DNA of 64,000 bases from an uncultured Acidobacteriota bacterium (lineage in GTDB: Bacteria > Acidobacteriota > Vicinamibacteria > Vicinamibacterales > 2-12-FULL-66-21). Shown here one piece after another: positions 9,786 through 22,343 of the stretch. A program made the position numbers and the translations under genes. The notes under the pieces were generated by a model. That model had not been told where the DNA came from. It did no database searches and saw only the letters and a list, made by a program, of their open reading frames with translations. How positions within the stretch are numbered: position 1 is the stretch's first letter; each line of letters opens with the position of its first letter. The stretch spans positions 22,812-86,811 of the forward strand of contig CAVQAH010000009.1 in NCBI GenBank assembly GCA_963710415.1. Reading direction: 5' to 3'.

Positions 9786-11513
9786 GTGTACACCGCCGGA
9801 CAGATCCTCGATGGCCGGTACGAAATACTGGCGCCTCTCGCCGAGGGCGGGATGGGAGCGGTCTACCGCGCACGCCGCACACTCCTCGGCGACGAGGTGG
9901 CCATCAAGATCGTCCGCGCCGACCAGACTGGCGACGCGCCCCGAGAGCGATTTCTTCGCGAGAGCCGGGCGTGCGCCCGGCTCCGCCACCCGCACATCGT
10001 CTCGATCCTCGATTTCAACGCCGATCAGGCCGAGCACCCCTTCCTGGTGATGGAACTGCTCAACGGCCCGAGCCTGAAGGACGAGATTTCGGCGAACGGA
10101 CGGCTGCCGGTCGCCGACGTCCAGGACATCGTGCGTCAGGTTTGTGAGGCGCTGCAGTTTGCGCACGATTCGGGGATCGTGCACCGCGACCTCAAGCCGG
10201 CCAACGTGGTGGCGCACGCCTTCGCGCCCGACCAGCGCGTCTACAAGGTCGTCGACTTCGGTCTCGCGAACATGCGGGAATCGGACGAGACGCGGCTGAC
10301 GGGGCCGCACGAGTTCATCGGCACGGTCGCCTACGCGTCCCCCGAACAGCTCACCGGCGCCGTCGTCGATCACCGGTCGGACATCTACAGCCTGGGCGCG
10401 GTCGTGTTCGAGATGGTCACCGGGCGTCCGCCGTTCGGCGAGGTGGATCCGATGTCGGTGCTGAACGCGCACCTGAACTCGCCGGTGCCGCGGCCATCCT
10501 CGATCTGTCCGGACATTCCCGCCTGGGTGGATCTGGCTGTCTGCCGCGCGATGGCCAAACATCCCGACGACCGATGGCAGCGGATTGCGGACTTCGGCGC
10601 CGCGCTCGCCAGCGCGGGCGGCGCGACGAGCACCACGGAAGCTCGAAGTCGCGGAACGACTTCCACACTGCTGACGACCTACGACATCGCCGACCGCGTC
10701 GGTCCGGGACGTTTGGGCAGCGACGTGTATCGCGGCACGCATCGGGCGCTCGGCCATCCCGTGGCGATCCGGTTGCTGCGCCGGGACACGCAACGGAACT
10801 GGGAAGGAGCACGCGCGCGATTCCTGCACGAAGCACGAACGCTGCAGCTGGCGCACCCGTCGATCATCCAGGTGCGCGACTACGGCGAAGAGCCGGATCT
10901 CGTCTACCTCGTCACGGACTTCATCGAGGGTTCGAGTCTGCGGGCGTTGATGAACGAGGTTGGTCCGCTGCCGTGGCCGCGGCTCAGGCCTCTCCTGACG
11001 CAGCTGATCGATGCGGCGCGCGCGCTGCACCGCCGCAAGGGATTGCTGTGCGGCGTGAACCCCGACATCATGCGCGTGGCGCAAGACGATGACGGCGAGC
11101 GATTGATGATCTCGAGCGCCGGCATCTGGCAGGCGCAGGATCTGCTGGCGACGTTGCAGGAGCAGACGGTGCGAGGCATCGGCCTCGCCGACGCCGAGAT
11201 CCGCTATGTGGCGCCGGAGCTGCTGACCGGCCACACGGCCGACGTGCGGTCGGATATCTTCACGATGGGTGTGCTGGCCTACGAGCTGGCCACCGGCGCG
11301 CTGCCCTACGACGGGTCGTCGATGCCCGACCTTCTGGGCAACATGCTGCGCGGAACGCACCCGCCTGCGCGCGAACGACAGCCCACGCTTCCGGAGTCAG
11401 CCGATCAGGCGATCGCCCGGGCGCTGCGGCCCGCACCCGAAGATCGCTTCGAGTCGTCTGCCGAGTTCGGCGCCGCGCTGATGAAGTCCGAGTCCGTCAG
11501 TTCCTCGTTCTGA
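9786..11513 (+). CDS. Ser/Thr protein kinase with a second, degenerate kinase domain
   Basis: Domain 1 has EGGMG, VAIK, HRDLKPAN, DFG, SPE; domain 2 has VAIR, LCGVNPDIM, SAG, APE. Start is TTG 9777 or GTG 9786. Confidence 0.9.
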   Translation: MYTAGQILDGRYEILAPLAEGGMGAVYRARRTLLGDEVAIKIVRADQTGDAPRERFLRESRACARLRHPHIVSILDFNADQAEHPFLVMELLNGPSLKDEISANGRLPVADVQDIVRQVCEALQFAHDSGIVHRDLKPANVVAHAFAPDQRVYKVVDFGLANMRESDETRLTGPHEFIGTVAYASPEQLTGAVVDHRSDIYSLGAVVFEMVTGRPPFGEVDPMSVLNAHLNSPVPRPSSICPDIPAWVDLAVCRAMAKHPDDRWQRIADFGAALASAGGATSTTEARSRGTTSTLLTTYDIADRVGPGRLGSDVYRGTHRALGHPVAIRLLRRDTQRNWEGARARFLHEARTLQLAHPSIIQVRDYGEEPDLVYLVTDFIEGSSLRALMNEVGPLPWPRLRPLLTQLIDAARALHRRKGLLCGVNPDIMRVAQDDDGERLMISSAGIWQAQDLLATLQEQTVRGIGLADAEIRYVAPELLTGHTADVRSDIFTMGVLAYELATGALPYDGSSMPDLLGNMLRGTHPPARERQPTLPESADQAIARALRPAPEDRFESSAEFGAALMKSESVSSSF

Positions 11514-13206
11514 CGATCGGATACACCTTCGCATCCGCCTCGAGACCGTCAACCAGATTCCAGTTGGCCAGCCCATCGTCCGACCGTGGCTCGATGAGGT
11601 AGAACGCGAGCCTGCCAAGCGGCTGCGTGAGGTCGACGCGAATGGTGCCGGCCGGAAGCTCGCGATCGGCGGCTGGCCCACGCGCCGCGCAGCGTGCGCT
11701 CCGTGCGGTTCTGGAACGGTTGCGCGGCGGGCTCGATGCCTTCCAGCCGGAACTCTTCGACCGGGATCGTTTGCGAAGCCTGGAGCGTGGTGGTTGCGAT
11801 GCCGTGCGCCTGCAATCGGTCGATCACGTTCCGCAGGTTCGAGGGAATGAAATACGCCGTGGGTACGCGTTCGGTGACCGTGGCCTTGAACGTGCCTTCC
11901 TCGATCATGCGTTCAGGTTTCCTGACGTCCACACGTCTGAACATCATCTGTCCCGAGTATGGATTCCGTTCTTCGGTGACCTCGCCCATCAGGATCTCGA
12001 CTGGCTCAGGCGCTCGATTGAGCTCCGCGCGCACGCCGAGCGTCGTGCCGACGATCGGCTTCTTGTCGACCTCCGCCGTCAGGCGCTTGATCTCGTCGGC
12101 GTTCGCGGCGGCGTAGGTCAGGTTCTCCTCCAGAAAACGGTTCGTCGCCGTGATGCGATCCTCGAAGGTCGCGTAAGAGTAGGCTTCGCTGAGGATGGCG
12201 ATGCGGTTGCGCAGGCCGATGTAGTTGTTGTTGAAGCGCGGCCGGTTGTCGAAGGTCGCCCAGATGCGCTCGCCCGCGGGCGGAGCCTGCGCCGGTGGCG
12301 CGGCCGCCTCGCCGCGCCCGCCGCGGTGCGCGCTCCACGGCCACGACCGCCGCGGCCTTCACCACGTCCGCCACGGCCGCCGCCGGTCACGTTGCCGTAG
12401 TAGTAGTAATCCCATCCGTACTTCGACTTGATGGTCTTCGTGAATGCCGGAAGCCACTGCTTTCGCAGGAGGTCGATGATCGCGGGATCGGTCGCCTGAT
12501 TCAGGGGCGGCGCGTACGTCAGGTGGTAGGCGTGATACGAGCCATTCGTGGTGTGGAGATCCACCGACACGTGCGGGTCGTACTCGTTCATGAGCTTGAC
12601 CACCGAGCGGCCTTCGGGCGAGTCGAGCTTCATGTGGTCGCGATTCAGATCGAGGTCCTGAGCATTCGGCCGCTGGCCCATGCCGCCGACCGGACCGTTC
12701 TGCCGGCCGCGGTTCGTGAGCGTGACCCGTTCGTTCCCGTCGGCGTTGTAGATGGGACCGATCAACAGGACCATCGTCTTCAGCCATTCGGCGTGCTTTC
12801 CCTGCGCGAGATCGCGGAGCAGCAGCTGTGCCGACTCCTTGCCCTCGACCTCGCCGCCGTGGATGTTCCCCTGGATGTACACGCGCAGCTTGCCGGTGCG
12901 CTTCACGGCATCCGGCGTCGCGTCAGGCGCCCCGACCACCGCGAGTGGCAGAGCGCGACCTTCGTTCGTGTAACCGAACGTCGTCAAATGCACGACCTTC
13001 GGCGCCGCCTGTTCGACCGCTGCCATGAAGGCGATGACGTCGGCGTAACGGCTGGTCTGCTCGTAGTTGGTGCGCTCGGGAATCGTTTTCAGATTGGCCA
13101 ACGGGTTGGCGGCGCGTGTCTGCGCCGCGAGATCGATCGCGCCGACGACTAGCGCGCCGGTCCCGATTACGAGAATCGCTCTAATCACGTGACTCCTCAC
13201 GATCAT
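11497..13206 (-). CDS. Secreted M14 family zinc carboxypeptidase (frameshifted)
   Basis: Signal peptide, NIHGGE (HxxE), YNADG, DLNRD and VDLHT; C-terminus ...LTQPLGRLAFYLIEPRSDDG...VRTRN* stops at 11497 and overlaps the kinase 3' end. Start is 13206 or 13188. Confidence 0.85.
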
Positions 13207-15296
13207 CTGCTGATCCTTGAATTCTGACCGGCTGATCCGCCTCGAGCGATGCCAGCACGAACGCAAGAATATCCGCGTCCTCTTCGATGACCTTCGACAT
13301 CGGCTTCCCGGCGCCGTGGCCAGCCCTGGTTTCAACGCGAATGAGTACCGGCGCGCTGTTCCCTGATGCGGCCTGCATCCGTGCCGCAAGCTTCTTGGCC
13401 ATGCCCGGCGATACCCGGTCATCGGTATCGGCGGTGGTAATCAACATCGGCGGATACGCCACGTCGTCACGCACATTGTGGTACGGCGAGTAGCGATAGA
13501 GAAACTGGAACTGTCCGGGATCGTCAGCCGATCCGTACTCGGGAATCCAGAATCGGCCGACGGTGAACAGGTGATACCGCAGCATGTCGGCGACCGGAAC
13601 CCGGCAGACGACGGCGCCGAACAGGTCAGGGCGCTGCAGCATGACCGCAGCGGTCAGAAGTCCGCCATTGCTGCCGCCCTCGATGGCGATCCTGCCCGGA
13701 CGGGACCAGCCGGACTGTGCAAGCCATTCGGCTGCGGCGATGAAATCGTCAAAGACGTTCTGCTTGCGGCCCAGCATTCCTGCTTCGTGCCATGACTCGC
13801 CGTACTCGCCGCCGCCCCGGAGGTTCGCGACGGCATAGATGCCGCCGCGCTCCAGCAGCGCGAACGTCGCCGGATCGAACGCGGGCGTCAGCGAAATATT
13901 GAAGCCGCCGTATCCGGTGAGCAGCACCGGCCGGTTGCCATCCGCCGGCAGGTCTTTCGATCGCACGAGGAACATCGACACGTTCGTTCCGTCCTTCGAC
14001 GGATACCAGACCTGCGTCGTCTCGTACGTTTCCAGATCGGCGGCGATGTTCCTGCCAGCCGGCAGGGCGACATCGAAGCGAACCAGCACCGGGTGAGCGA
14101 GGTCGCAGCGGAAGTTCGTCGGAGGAAGTGCGAACGAGGTGAAGCCGATGAGCAGCTCGGAATCGGCGGGATGTCCTTCGAGTCCCGTGAGCGATCCCAG
14201 CGCCGGCATGTCGAGCTCCGCCACGGGCGCGCCGCTCAGGGTAAAGATCCGCAGCCGATCGGTGGCGTTGTGCAGATACGACGTCACGATTTGCCCGCCA
14301 GCGATCAGGGCGAGCGACAGCTTGTCGTCCTGCTGCGGGACGATTTCGCGGATACCGTCTCCCGGACGATCGGGATCGAGCGCCACGATCTTGCCGCGGG
14401 CCGCCCCGCGGTCCGATTGAAAAAACAGGAGTCCCTCGGCGGCGTCGAGCAGACTGAAAGCCGCGTCGAAGCCCGCAAAGACTTTCACGGGCGCAGCTGA
14501 TGGGGCATTCCTGTCGATCAGATACACCTCACTCCGGTCGCTGGCGCCTTTCTGTGCAGTGAGGACGACCCAGCGGCCGCCGTCTGCGACCTCGACCTCG
14601 AATACGGTCTCAGGCTGGTCCGGCGTTTCAAACACCAGCGCATCATTCGCTTGAAGGTCGCCCAGCCGATGGAACCACACGCTGCAGAAGTAGTTCTCGT
14701 CCGACTCCGCGCACCGATCCCGGGGCAGGGAACCGCGTGTAATAGAAACCAGAGCCGTCAGGTACCCACGCGATGCTGACGAACTTGGTCCAGAGAATTC
14801 GATCGGGCAGGTCCTGACCGGTCGCGACGTCGCGGATCCGGATGTCCTGGCGATCGCTGCCGCTCGAGGAGAGCCCATACGCGACGAGCGTGCCCTGATC
14901 GTTTGGAGCGAGCGCGGTCAGCGCGACGGTTCCATCGGGGCTGAGGGCATTTGGATCGAGCAACGCTCTCGGCGCTTGCGTGCCCGCGTCGTGAACGTAG
15001 AGCACCGGCTGATTCTGCAGGCCCGCATTGTGCAGCAGGAAATAGCGGTTCTGGCGCTTCAGCGGCGCCGACGTCCTGGGATAGTCGTGAAGGTCAGTCA
15101 GACGCCGGACCAGAGACTCTCGCAGAGGGCCCGCAAGGGCCTCGGCCGTCAGCTCGTTCTGGGCTTCGACCCAGGCGCGGGTCTCGGCACTCTCGGCATC
15201 CTCGAGCCATCGATACGGGTCGCGGACGACGATACCGTGGTACGTATCGGCGACGTCATCGATTCGGCTGAAGGGATAGGCGCGGCGGGTGGGCAT
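13181..15296 (-). CDS. Prolyl oligopeptidase (S9A), frameshift near 14710
   Basis: N-terminal DPYRWLE, GYGGF, NLRGGGEYG and catalytic triad motifs GGSNGG, DDRV, GHGAG. Confidence 0.95.
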
Positions 15297-15311
15297 CGAC
15301 AAACGGAGAAT

Positions 15312-15395
15312 AACTCCCAACCTCCAACTCCCAAAGTGCTCAGAGCCAGTCGGCCGAGAGTCCCTTGGCAGTTGGGAGTTGGGAATTGGCGGTTG
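15312..15395. repeat. Inverted heptamer array (AACTCCC ... GGGAGTT)
   Basis: aactccc-aacctcc-aactccc-aa, a ~30-nt spacer, then ttggcag-ttgggag-ttgggaa-ttggcgg. Confidence 0.8.
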
Positions 15396-15416
15396 ACACG
15401 TCTCTTTGGGCGCGCA

Positions 15417-17033
15417 TCAATGTTGAATCGCCCGCCTCAACTCCTCGCCGGATATGTGGACTGACCCCACGGCACCGCTCGGGATGTCCAGGGCGACGAT
15501 GCGGAGCTGATGCAGCTTCGGCTCGAAGGGGATCGTGCGCGTCAGGCTGATGCCTTGTGCCAGGATGCGCGCGCGTTGCTCTGCGCTCAGATCGAGCGTG
15601 AGGGTGGTCGAGAAGCTCAGGGTCGGCGCCCTCCCGACGACTGCCTCCGCGACGATGACATCCACCTCGCCCGTCCATCGCTCGCCGGACTGAGTGAAAG
15701 TGATGGTGCCCGGGTCGAGGCGCAGCGTCAGTTCGACGCTCGAGGGCGCCCCGGTCGGCGGCTTGGCCACCTGCGCGGACAGGATGATTTCTGTAGCCTG
15801 GAGCGGATCGAGGGCTGCCTTGTGCAGCGCATCACGACGGTTGGTCGTGGTATTCAGGATCGTCGGCGCCGCGAGATAGCCCTTGCGATGGCGGACCTCC
15901 ACGCCGCGCCGTTTGACCTCGACTTTGATCTGACGGAAGCCGCCGTCCCATTTCGTGTTCGTCGGGTAATAGCCGAGCACGTAGCTGACACGCGAATCGT
16001 CGATCGCCCGCCGCATGGCGCCGCGCAGATCGTTGGTGTTGAAGTAGGCGCGCCCGCCGGTTTCGTCAGCGACCACCTCCATGGTGTCAGTCATGCTCCG
16101 TACGGTGGACAGAGTGGTGAAGCTCTGTTGCTTGTCCGCGGCTCGTGACGAAAACGCGCCGATCAGCCGCCGCGCATCGACCGGGTAGACGGCGACGTTG
16201 GCATCGTTCAGGCTGCGGAGCCCGGTGTTCAACTCGGCTTTCAATGAAGACAGCATGCCCGACGCGTTGCCGATCACGATGGGGAACGCCGACGAGATCC
16301 AGATCAGGTTCTTCCGCCCGCGCACCGTGCCGAGGTGGCGGGCGATGGTTTCGAGCGCGATGTTGAAGTGGATGACGCGGTCACGGATGTCTTCGTTTGC
16401 GCGCTCGGCGTCCACACCCGCCAGCCACGCGACCAGCTCGGGACTGGCGCCGCTGTCGGCGATCGACGCCGAACCGCTCATCGCCGCGGCATCCTCGGCC
16501 GCGGCCACCTGATTCGACGTGCGGGTCTGGACGCGCGACACGGCAGCGATCAGCGCCTTGGTATCGGACGAGAAGTCGTGGAGGACTCGTATCGCGTCGC
16601 TGTTATCGACCAGGTAAACCGCCACGCGATCGGTGGGACGCAGTTCGCGAAGGAAGGCAATCGCCTGATTGCGAACCCCCAGCTGATCGACGAGGCCAGT
16701 ATTCAGGTTGTCGATCAGGATGACGGATACCGTGGTCGTGCGATCGACGATCCGGTTGGTGAACGTCGGTACGGCTGGTGCCGCTTCGGTGATGACTGAT
16801 GATGCCGGCGTGACGTTCAGCTCGAACAGCTCGATCGCCTGCTCTTTGCCGTTTTCGAGGACCCGGAAGTCGTCCCGGGTCAAATCGGCGACCGGCTGGC
16901 CGTCCTTGTGGACGACGACGTTGACCTGGACCAGACGCGTCGCGACGCGGATCGGTTCCTGTGGCAGAACCGGAACGGCGCCGACGACGAGCGCCGACAC
17001 GGCGACGGCAGCGCAGATCGATCGCGTGGTCAT
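15417..17033 (-). CDS. Secreted VWA-domain protein (acidobacterial VWFA-related family)
   Basis: Signal peptide, TRLVQVNVVV..PVADLTRDDF, GRKNLIWISSAF, ADETGGRA, YVLGYYP..DGGFRQI..RHRKGY; GGAG Shine-Dalgarno. Confidence 0.9.
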   Translation of the reverse strand: MTTRSICAAVAVSALVVGAVPVLPQEPIRVATRLVQVNVVVHKDGQPVADLTRDDFRVLENGKEQAIELFELNVTPASSVITEAAPAVPTFTNRIVDRTTTVSVILIDNLNTGLVDQLGVRNQAIAFLRELRPTDRVAVYLVDNSDAIRVLHDFSSDTKALIAAVSRVQTRTSNQVAAAEDAAAMSGSASIADSGASPELVAWLAGVDAERANEDIRDRVIHFNIALETIARHLGTVRGRKNLIWISSAFPIVIGNASGMLSSLKAELNTGLRSLNDANVAVYPVDARRLIGAFSSRAADKQQSFTTLSTVRSMTDTMEVVADETGGRAYFNTNDLRGAMRRAIDDSRVSYVLGYYPTNTKWDGGFRQIKVEVKRRGVEVRHRKGYLAAPTILNTTTNRRDALHKAALDPLQATEIILSAQVAKPPTGAPSSVELTLRLDPGTITFTQSGERWTGEVDVIVAEAVVGRAPTLSFSTTLTLDLSAEQRARILAQGISLTRTIPFEPKLHQLRIVALDIPSGAVGSVHISGEELRRAIQH

Positions 17034-17122
17034 CGAGATCTCCAAGGGCTGTGGTTGGCTGGCGCCGCCATTCTAGCCCCGATCGTGCCCGCTTCCCGCA
17101 GTTGCTCATATAATTCGATCCT

Positions 17123-18574
17123 ATGAAACGCCAGCTGACGCTTCTGTTCATCGCCGTTCTGACTTTCGCGCCAAGCGCTTCTGCGCAGCCGCCGCTCTAC
17201 ACCGACTCGCTGCCGGCCGAGGAATTCGCGGCCCGCAGGGCCAGGGTGATGGAACAGATCGGCGACGCCGCGGTCGTCATCCAGGGGACGACCGAGTATC
17301 CGGCATATGTGAAGTTCCGTCAGAACAACCAGTTCTTCTACCTGACTGGCGTCGAGGTTCCGCGCGCGATCCTGGTCATCGACGGCCGGGCCAAGACGTC
17401 GACGCTCTTTCTCAATCCCCGCGACGAGCGAGCCGAACGATCCGAAGGTCCGGTCCTGACGCCTGGCCCCGAAGCCGAGAAGCTCACCGGCATCACTCGC
17501 ATACTTCCTCGGGATCAGTTCGCGGCGGCGCTCGAGCAGCTGGGGGCCGGCGGACGGACGATCTACCTTCCGCACCGGCCCGAGGCGCTGGGCGCGGCGA
17601 CCCCTTCCTACACCACGAACCACGCGCGCCAGTCGCAGGAGGATCCGTGGGATGGGCGGCTGTCGCGTGAGGCGGCGTTCATCGACCGTGTGAAGCAGAA
17701 GGTGCCGTCGGCCACCATCAAGGATCTCGATCCGATCCTCGACGGGATGCGCCAGATCAAGACCCCGCGGGAGATTGCGCTGCTCCGCGAGGCCACGCGC
17801 ATTTCGGGCCTCGGCATCATGGAGGCCATCCGCTCGGCGCAGCCGGGGATGTACGAGTACGAGCTCGAGGCGATTGCCGATTACGTGTTCAAGAAGCACA
17901 ACGCGCAGGGAATTGCCTACTTCGCGCTGGTCGCCGCCGGGAAGAACGCGAGCTGGCCGCACTATCACGCCGCGCAGACGCAGACGCAGGACGGGCAGCT
18001 CGTGCTGTTCGACTACGCACCGGACTACAAGTACTACACCGCCGACGTCACGCGGATGTTCCCGGTCAACGGGCGCTTCACCGAGGATCAGAAGGAGCTC
18101 TACACCATCTATCTGCGTCTCTACCAGGCGCTGATGGCATCGATCCGCCCAGGGCCCGTGCAGCCGATCCTGAAGGACGCCGTCAGCCGCATGGACGCGG
18201 TGATGGCTTCGTTTACGTTCAAGAACCCGAAGTACAAGGAAGCGGCGCAGCGGTTCGTCGAAAACTACCGGCGCAGCGCTACGGCGGGTGGGCGCAACTC
18301 GCTCGGCCACATGGTCGGCATGGAGGTCCACGACGTGACGGCGCCGATGCCCGATGGGCTCAAGCCCGGCATGGTCTTCACCATCGAGCCGGCGCTGACG
18401 ATTCCCGAGGATCGCGTCTACGTGCGCCTCGAAGACATGATCCTGATCACCGCGAACGGCTACGAGAATCTGTCGGCCTTCGTGCCAATGGAAGTCGAAG
18501 GCATCGAGAAGCTGATGGCCGAGGCCGGGTTCGCCGAAAAGCGGCGCACCGGGTCGACCCAGCGCGAGTGGTGA
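17123..18574 (+). CDS. Secreted Xaa-Pro aminopeptidase (M24B, aminopeptidase P family)
   Basis: Signal peptide, [12 protein letters not shown] and metal-ligand motifs [27 protein letters not shown]. Confidence 0.92.
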   Translation: MKRQLTLLFIAVLTFAPSASAQPPLYTDSLPAEEFAARRARVMEQIGDAAVVIQGTTEYPAYVKFRQNNQFFYLTGVEVPRAILVIDGRAKTSTLFLNPRDERAERSEGPVLTPGPEAEKLTGITRILPRDQFAAALEQLGAGGRTIYLPHRPEALGAATPSYTTNHARQSQEDPWDGRLSREAAFIDRVKQKVPSATIKDLDPILDGMRQIKTPREIALLREATRISGLGIMEAIRSAQPGMYEYELEAIADYVFKKHNAQGIAYFALVAAGKNASWPHYHAAQTQTQDGQLVLFDYAPDYKYYTADVTRMFPVNGRFTEDQKELYTIYLRLYQALMASIRPGPVQPILKDAVSRMDAVMASFTFKNPKYKEAAQRFVENYRRSATAGGRNSLGHMVGMEVHDVTAPMPDGLKPGMVFTIEPALTIPEDRVYVRLEDMILITANGYENLSAFVPMEVEGIEKLMAEAGFAEKRRTGSTQREW

Positions 18575-18610
18575 GTTCAGGCGAGGGTTCGTGAACCCTC
18601 GCCCTGAATC
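18575..18610. terminator. Strong hairpin between convergent genes; its unit is related to the 50451-50600 repeat
   Basis: ttcag-gcgagggttc-gt-gaaccctcgc-cctgaa. Confidence 0.65.
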
Positions 18611-18640
18611 TACGCTGGACCGGTCGTGTGAGCCCTCGTC

Positions 18641-21600
18641 TTAGAAGTAGTATTTCGCGCCGATCACCACCTGGCGTGCGGTGCTCGTCACGGTATTACG
18701 GATACGTCCGAAAGTGGCGCTGGTCGTCACCAGCGTCGGGAATCCAAACGTCGGGTGATTGAACACGTTGGTCGCATCGACGCGGAATCTCGAGGATCTG
18801 GCTGCCGTAAGTTCGCGTGCGCTTGGCGAGCGACATGCTCGCGATCCATCCGCCGGGGCCGCGGAAGTAATTGCGGCCGACATTGCTGAATTCCCCGGCG
18901 CCCGGTGCGCTGAACTTCGCCCGTTCTTCTGGCGTGAAGTACCAAATCAGGCCGTCTTCCTCGTGAACGCTGCCGATGTTGCGCGAACACTCGTTGCAAT
19001 TGGCCGGTGTCTGCACGACGTTCGAGAACGTGTTGCTGCCGGCGATATACGGTCATCGGCCGTCCGCTCTGCGCGACCAGCTGACCCGACAGCGTCCAGC
19101 CTCCGATGAACACATCTGTCAGCCGGTTGACGTTGCCGCCGAATCTCTTCTCCTGGCCGAACGGCAGCTCGAAAACGCCTTGCGCCTGGAATACGTGAGT
19201 GCGGTCGAAGTCCGACAGCGCGTAGTTCAGGTCGCGATCGAAGACGTTGAACGGCGTGCTCGAGGCCGATTGACCCGATCCCGTGGCGGCGACCGTGAAC
19301 GCTGGATCGAACGAGCGGGTATCGCGAGAGCGCGACAGCGTGTAGCCGACCAGGTAGCTGTAGCCGTTGGAGAATCGTCGATCGAGCTTGATTTCCAGGG
19401 CGTGATATCTCGAGTAATCCTCGGAGTCGATCACGAACACACCAGTGAGGAACTGAGGGTACGGGAACAAGAAGAAGGAGCCGAGCCCGGCGATCTCCGG
19501 AAGCGTCCGGTTGCTTTGAACGCGGCTGCCTAGGCTGGCCGCGACCTCTGCTACCGAGTTCAGGGACAGCTGGGTTGGAAAGAGCCTTCTCACCATGGCT
19601 GAACCGGACTCGCCAGTCGCCCGGCGGGTATCGCCCGCCACCAACTGGTTCATCAGTGCGCTTTCACCGCCAGCCTTGACGGTATTGAAAGCATCCAGGA
19701 AGCCGTTGCTGCGGTACTCGACCTGATTGACGTTATAGGCTCCGAACAGGTTGTCGGCCTTTCGGCCCACGTACGCGACCTCGAGCAGTGCGCCGGGCGA
19801 ACACCTCGCGCTGATACGAGATGGTCCAGGCATGCGTCGTAGGCGTCTGGAACTCCGGATCCATCACGCGGATATTGTTGGTGGAGACGGCCGGGGGCTG
19901 AAGAAACGCTTCGGGTGACAGCGTCGGCGCCAGCCCTGGAAGACCGAAGCGAATACGACCACCACCCTGGCCGAACGCGACATTCGACGTCGCGGTGGTG
20001 ATTCCCGGAATGCTCTGAAAGATCGCCGACGACAGGAGGAACGTGTTGATGCGATCGAACGCCATGCGGTAATTACCGCGGACTGCGCTCTTGCCATCAC
20101 GCCTCGGATCCCACGCGATGCCGATCGACGGCGCGAAGTTGTTCCAGTCATCGTCGTAGAGCTTGCCTTCATCCCACCGGACCGTGTTGCTGGCTGGTTC
20201 GCCGACCGCGAGACTCTGGTTCGGCCGTCGGATCAGATCGTCGGGATTGCTCGGCGCCAGCTTCGCTTCCCAGCGAAGTCCGGCATCGACGGTGATGTTC
20301 GGCCGCGGCCGCCAACTATCCTGGGCATACACGTCGATCTCGGGGAAACGCGCATCGAAGTTGAACGTCGTGCCGCCGGGGGCGTACGCATTACCCTCCT
20401 GCACGAAGCCCTGGCTCAAGGTGCCGACGCGGCCGAGCATGAAGTTGGTCAGCCATTCGAGACTGGGCCGGTCGAACTGCGTGTTGATGTTCGCCGGGAA
20501 TCCCGAACGTCGTCGGATTGACGGTGTTGATGTCCGGGTTGAAGTCGGCGTAGGGCCCGACGTTCACGCCGCTGACCGATCCGCGGATGTCCGTATGCTT
20601 CTGAAGCCTGATGTTCGTTCCGAACTTGATGTTGTGCGACCCCTTCAGCCAGCTCAGGTTGTTGACGATCTGGAATGTGTCGATCGTCCGGAGGTTGCCG
20701 ACATCGAAGGTCTCGGGCATCGTGAGGACGCCGATGCCGATGGCCGTGGAACCGGGAGCGAGGTACGTCGGCACCGAAGTGTTCGCGGTTGGAATCGTGA
20801 AATCGAAGGTGAAGTGATTCTGGCCGACGACGAACTCGTTGACCAGGTTGCTGGTTGGATTCCAGCGCCAGTTGCCGGCCCAGTTGTAGGGTGACCGGTT
20901 GGTGTTGACGATGCAGGGGCCGTCCGGGAAGCGGGGCTGGCCGCCGTTGACCGAGTCGCACAGCGTGTTCTGATAGCCCTTGGAGAAGCGAACGAAGGCC
21001 CCGTGATTGTTGTTGAAGACGTGATCGATCTTGGTCACGAAGTCCATCTGTTCTTCTTCTTCGGGTGCGACGAAGTTGAATCCGGCGGTGTTGAGACCGT
21101 CGCCAACCGCGAAATTGTTCGGCAGAGGCATCTGCGCAACGATCCCGAGGACGGTCGGATCGAGCCCGAGCCCGCTCGGATCGTTCGCCGGGATGTTGTA
21201 GGAGGCGACGTTGACGCCGCCGAGGACGTTGCCGTTGGCGTCGACCGAGGCGCCGGTGACGCCGGTCGGTCGATTGCGCGCGCCGACGACGTAGCGGAAG
21301 AGGCCCTGCCGCGCCTGCTGCGTCAGCACCGTGCGCGTGACCGCCTGCGTCTGCTCGGCGTTGAGCCACTGGCTGTTGACAAAGAAGAACGTCTGGTTGC
21401 GGCGAATCGGGCCACCGACGCTGAAGCCAGGCACCTTCTGCGTGAAGTTGCGCTTCGGCAGGTTGTCGATGTTGTTTTCCCATTCGTTGGCGTTGTATTC
21501 CGGCTTGCGATCGAAGTAGTACGCCGTGCCGGAAAAGCTGTTCGTTCCGGATCGCGTGATCATCGCGACCTGGCCGCCGCTGTTGCGTCCGAATTCGGCC

Positions 21601-22271
21601 GTCTGGTTGCCGGTGAGGACCTTGAACTCGGCCAGCGCATCGGGGTTCGTGCGCAGGGGCGAGAAGTTCGATCCGCCGGCGCTCGACTCATTGGTATCGA
21701 TGCCATCGAGCGTGAAGTTCCAGGAGCGATCGCGCGCGCCGTTGACGTGCACGCCGCCGCCGGTGTTCGCGCCGGACACGACGCCCGGCTGAGTCAGCAC
21801 GAGATCGAGCGGATTGCGCCCGCGGCCGCCGACGATCGGCAGGCTCTCGATGGTCCGCTGATCGAACGTGGTGCCGAGGTTCCCCGAGGTGTCGGTCTGC
21901 ACGACCTGGCTCGAGGCGCGCACCTCGACCAGCTCCTCGAGCGTGCCGGTGGAGAGCTTGCCGTTGATCGTCGCCGTCTCGCCGATGTTGACGCGGTTGC
22001 CTGACGAGACGAATTTCTTGAATCCCTGCAACTGGACCGAGATCGTGTAGACGCCGACCTGGACGGCCTCGAACGCGTAGGCGCCAGTGGCGTTGCTGAC
22101 GGTTTCGAAACTGACACCGGTCTGCTCGTTGGTGAGCGTGACCGTTGCGCCCGGAATAATCGCCCCTGAGTCGTCGGTGACGGTCCCGGCGACGCGCGAG
22201 GTCGTTCCCTGCGCCAGCGCCGAGCTGGCGGTGACTAGCAAGAGCGCACAAGCAAGCAGCAGCTTTCGCAT
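18641..22271 (-). CDS. TonB-dependent receptor, Oar-like with N-terminal carboxypeptidase-regulatory-like domain (about four frameshifts)
   Basis: Signal peptide, GTVTDDSGAIIPGATVTL, plug motifs (VNGAR, AEFGRNSGG, TRSGTN), NNFAPSIGIAWD and C-terminal NVFNHPTF...GAKYYF. Confidence 0.92.
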
Positions 22272-22343
22272 TTCCCCTCCCATCCAACCATCCTTGCAAC
22301 AATCAGATCATTCCACCCGATGTTCGATGCCGCATTCGTTCCT

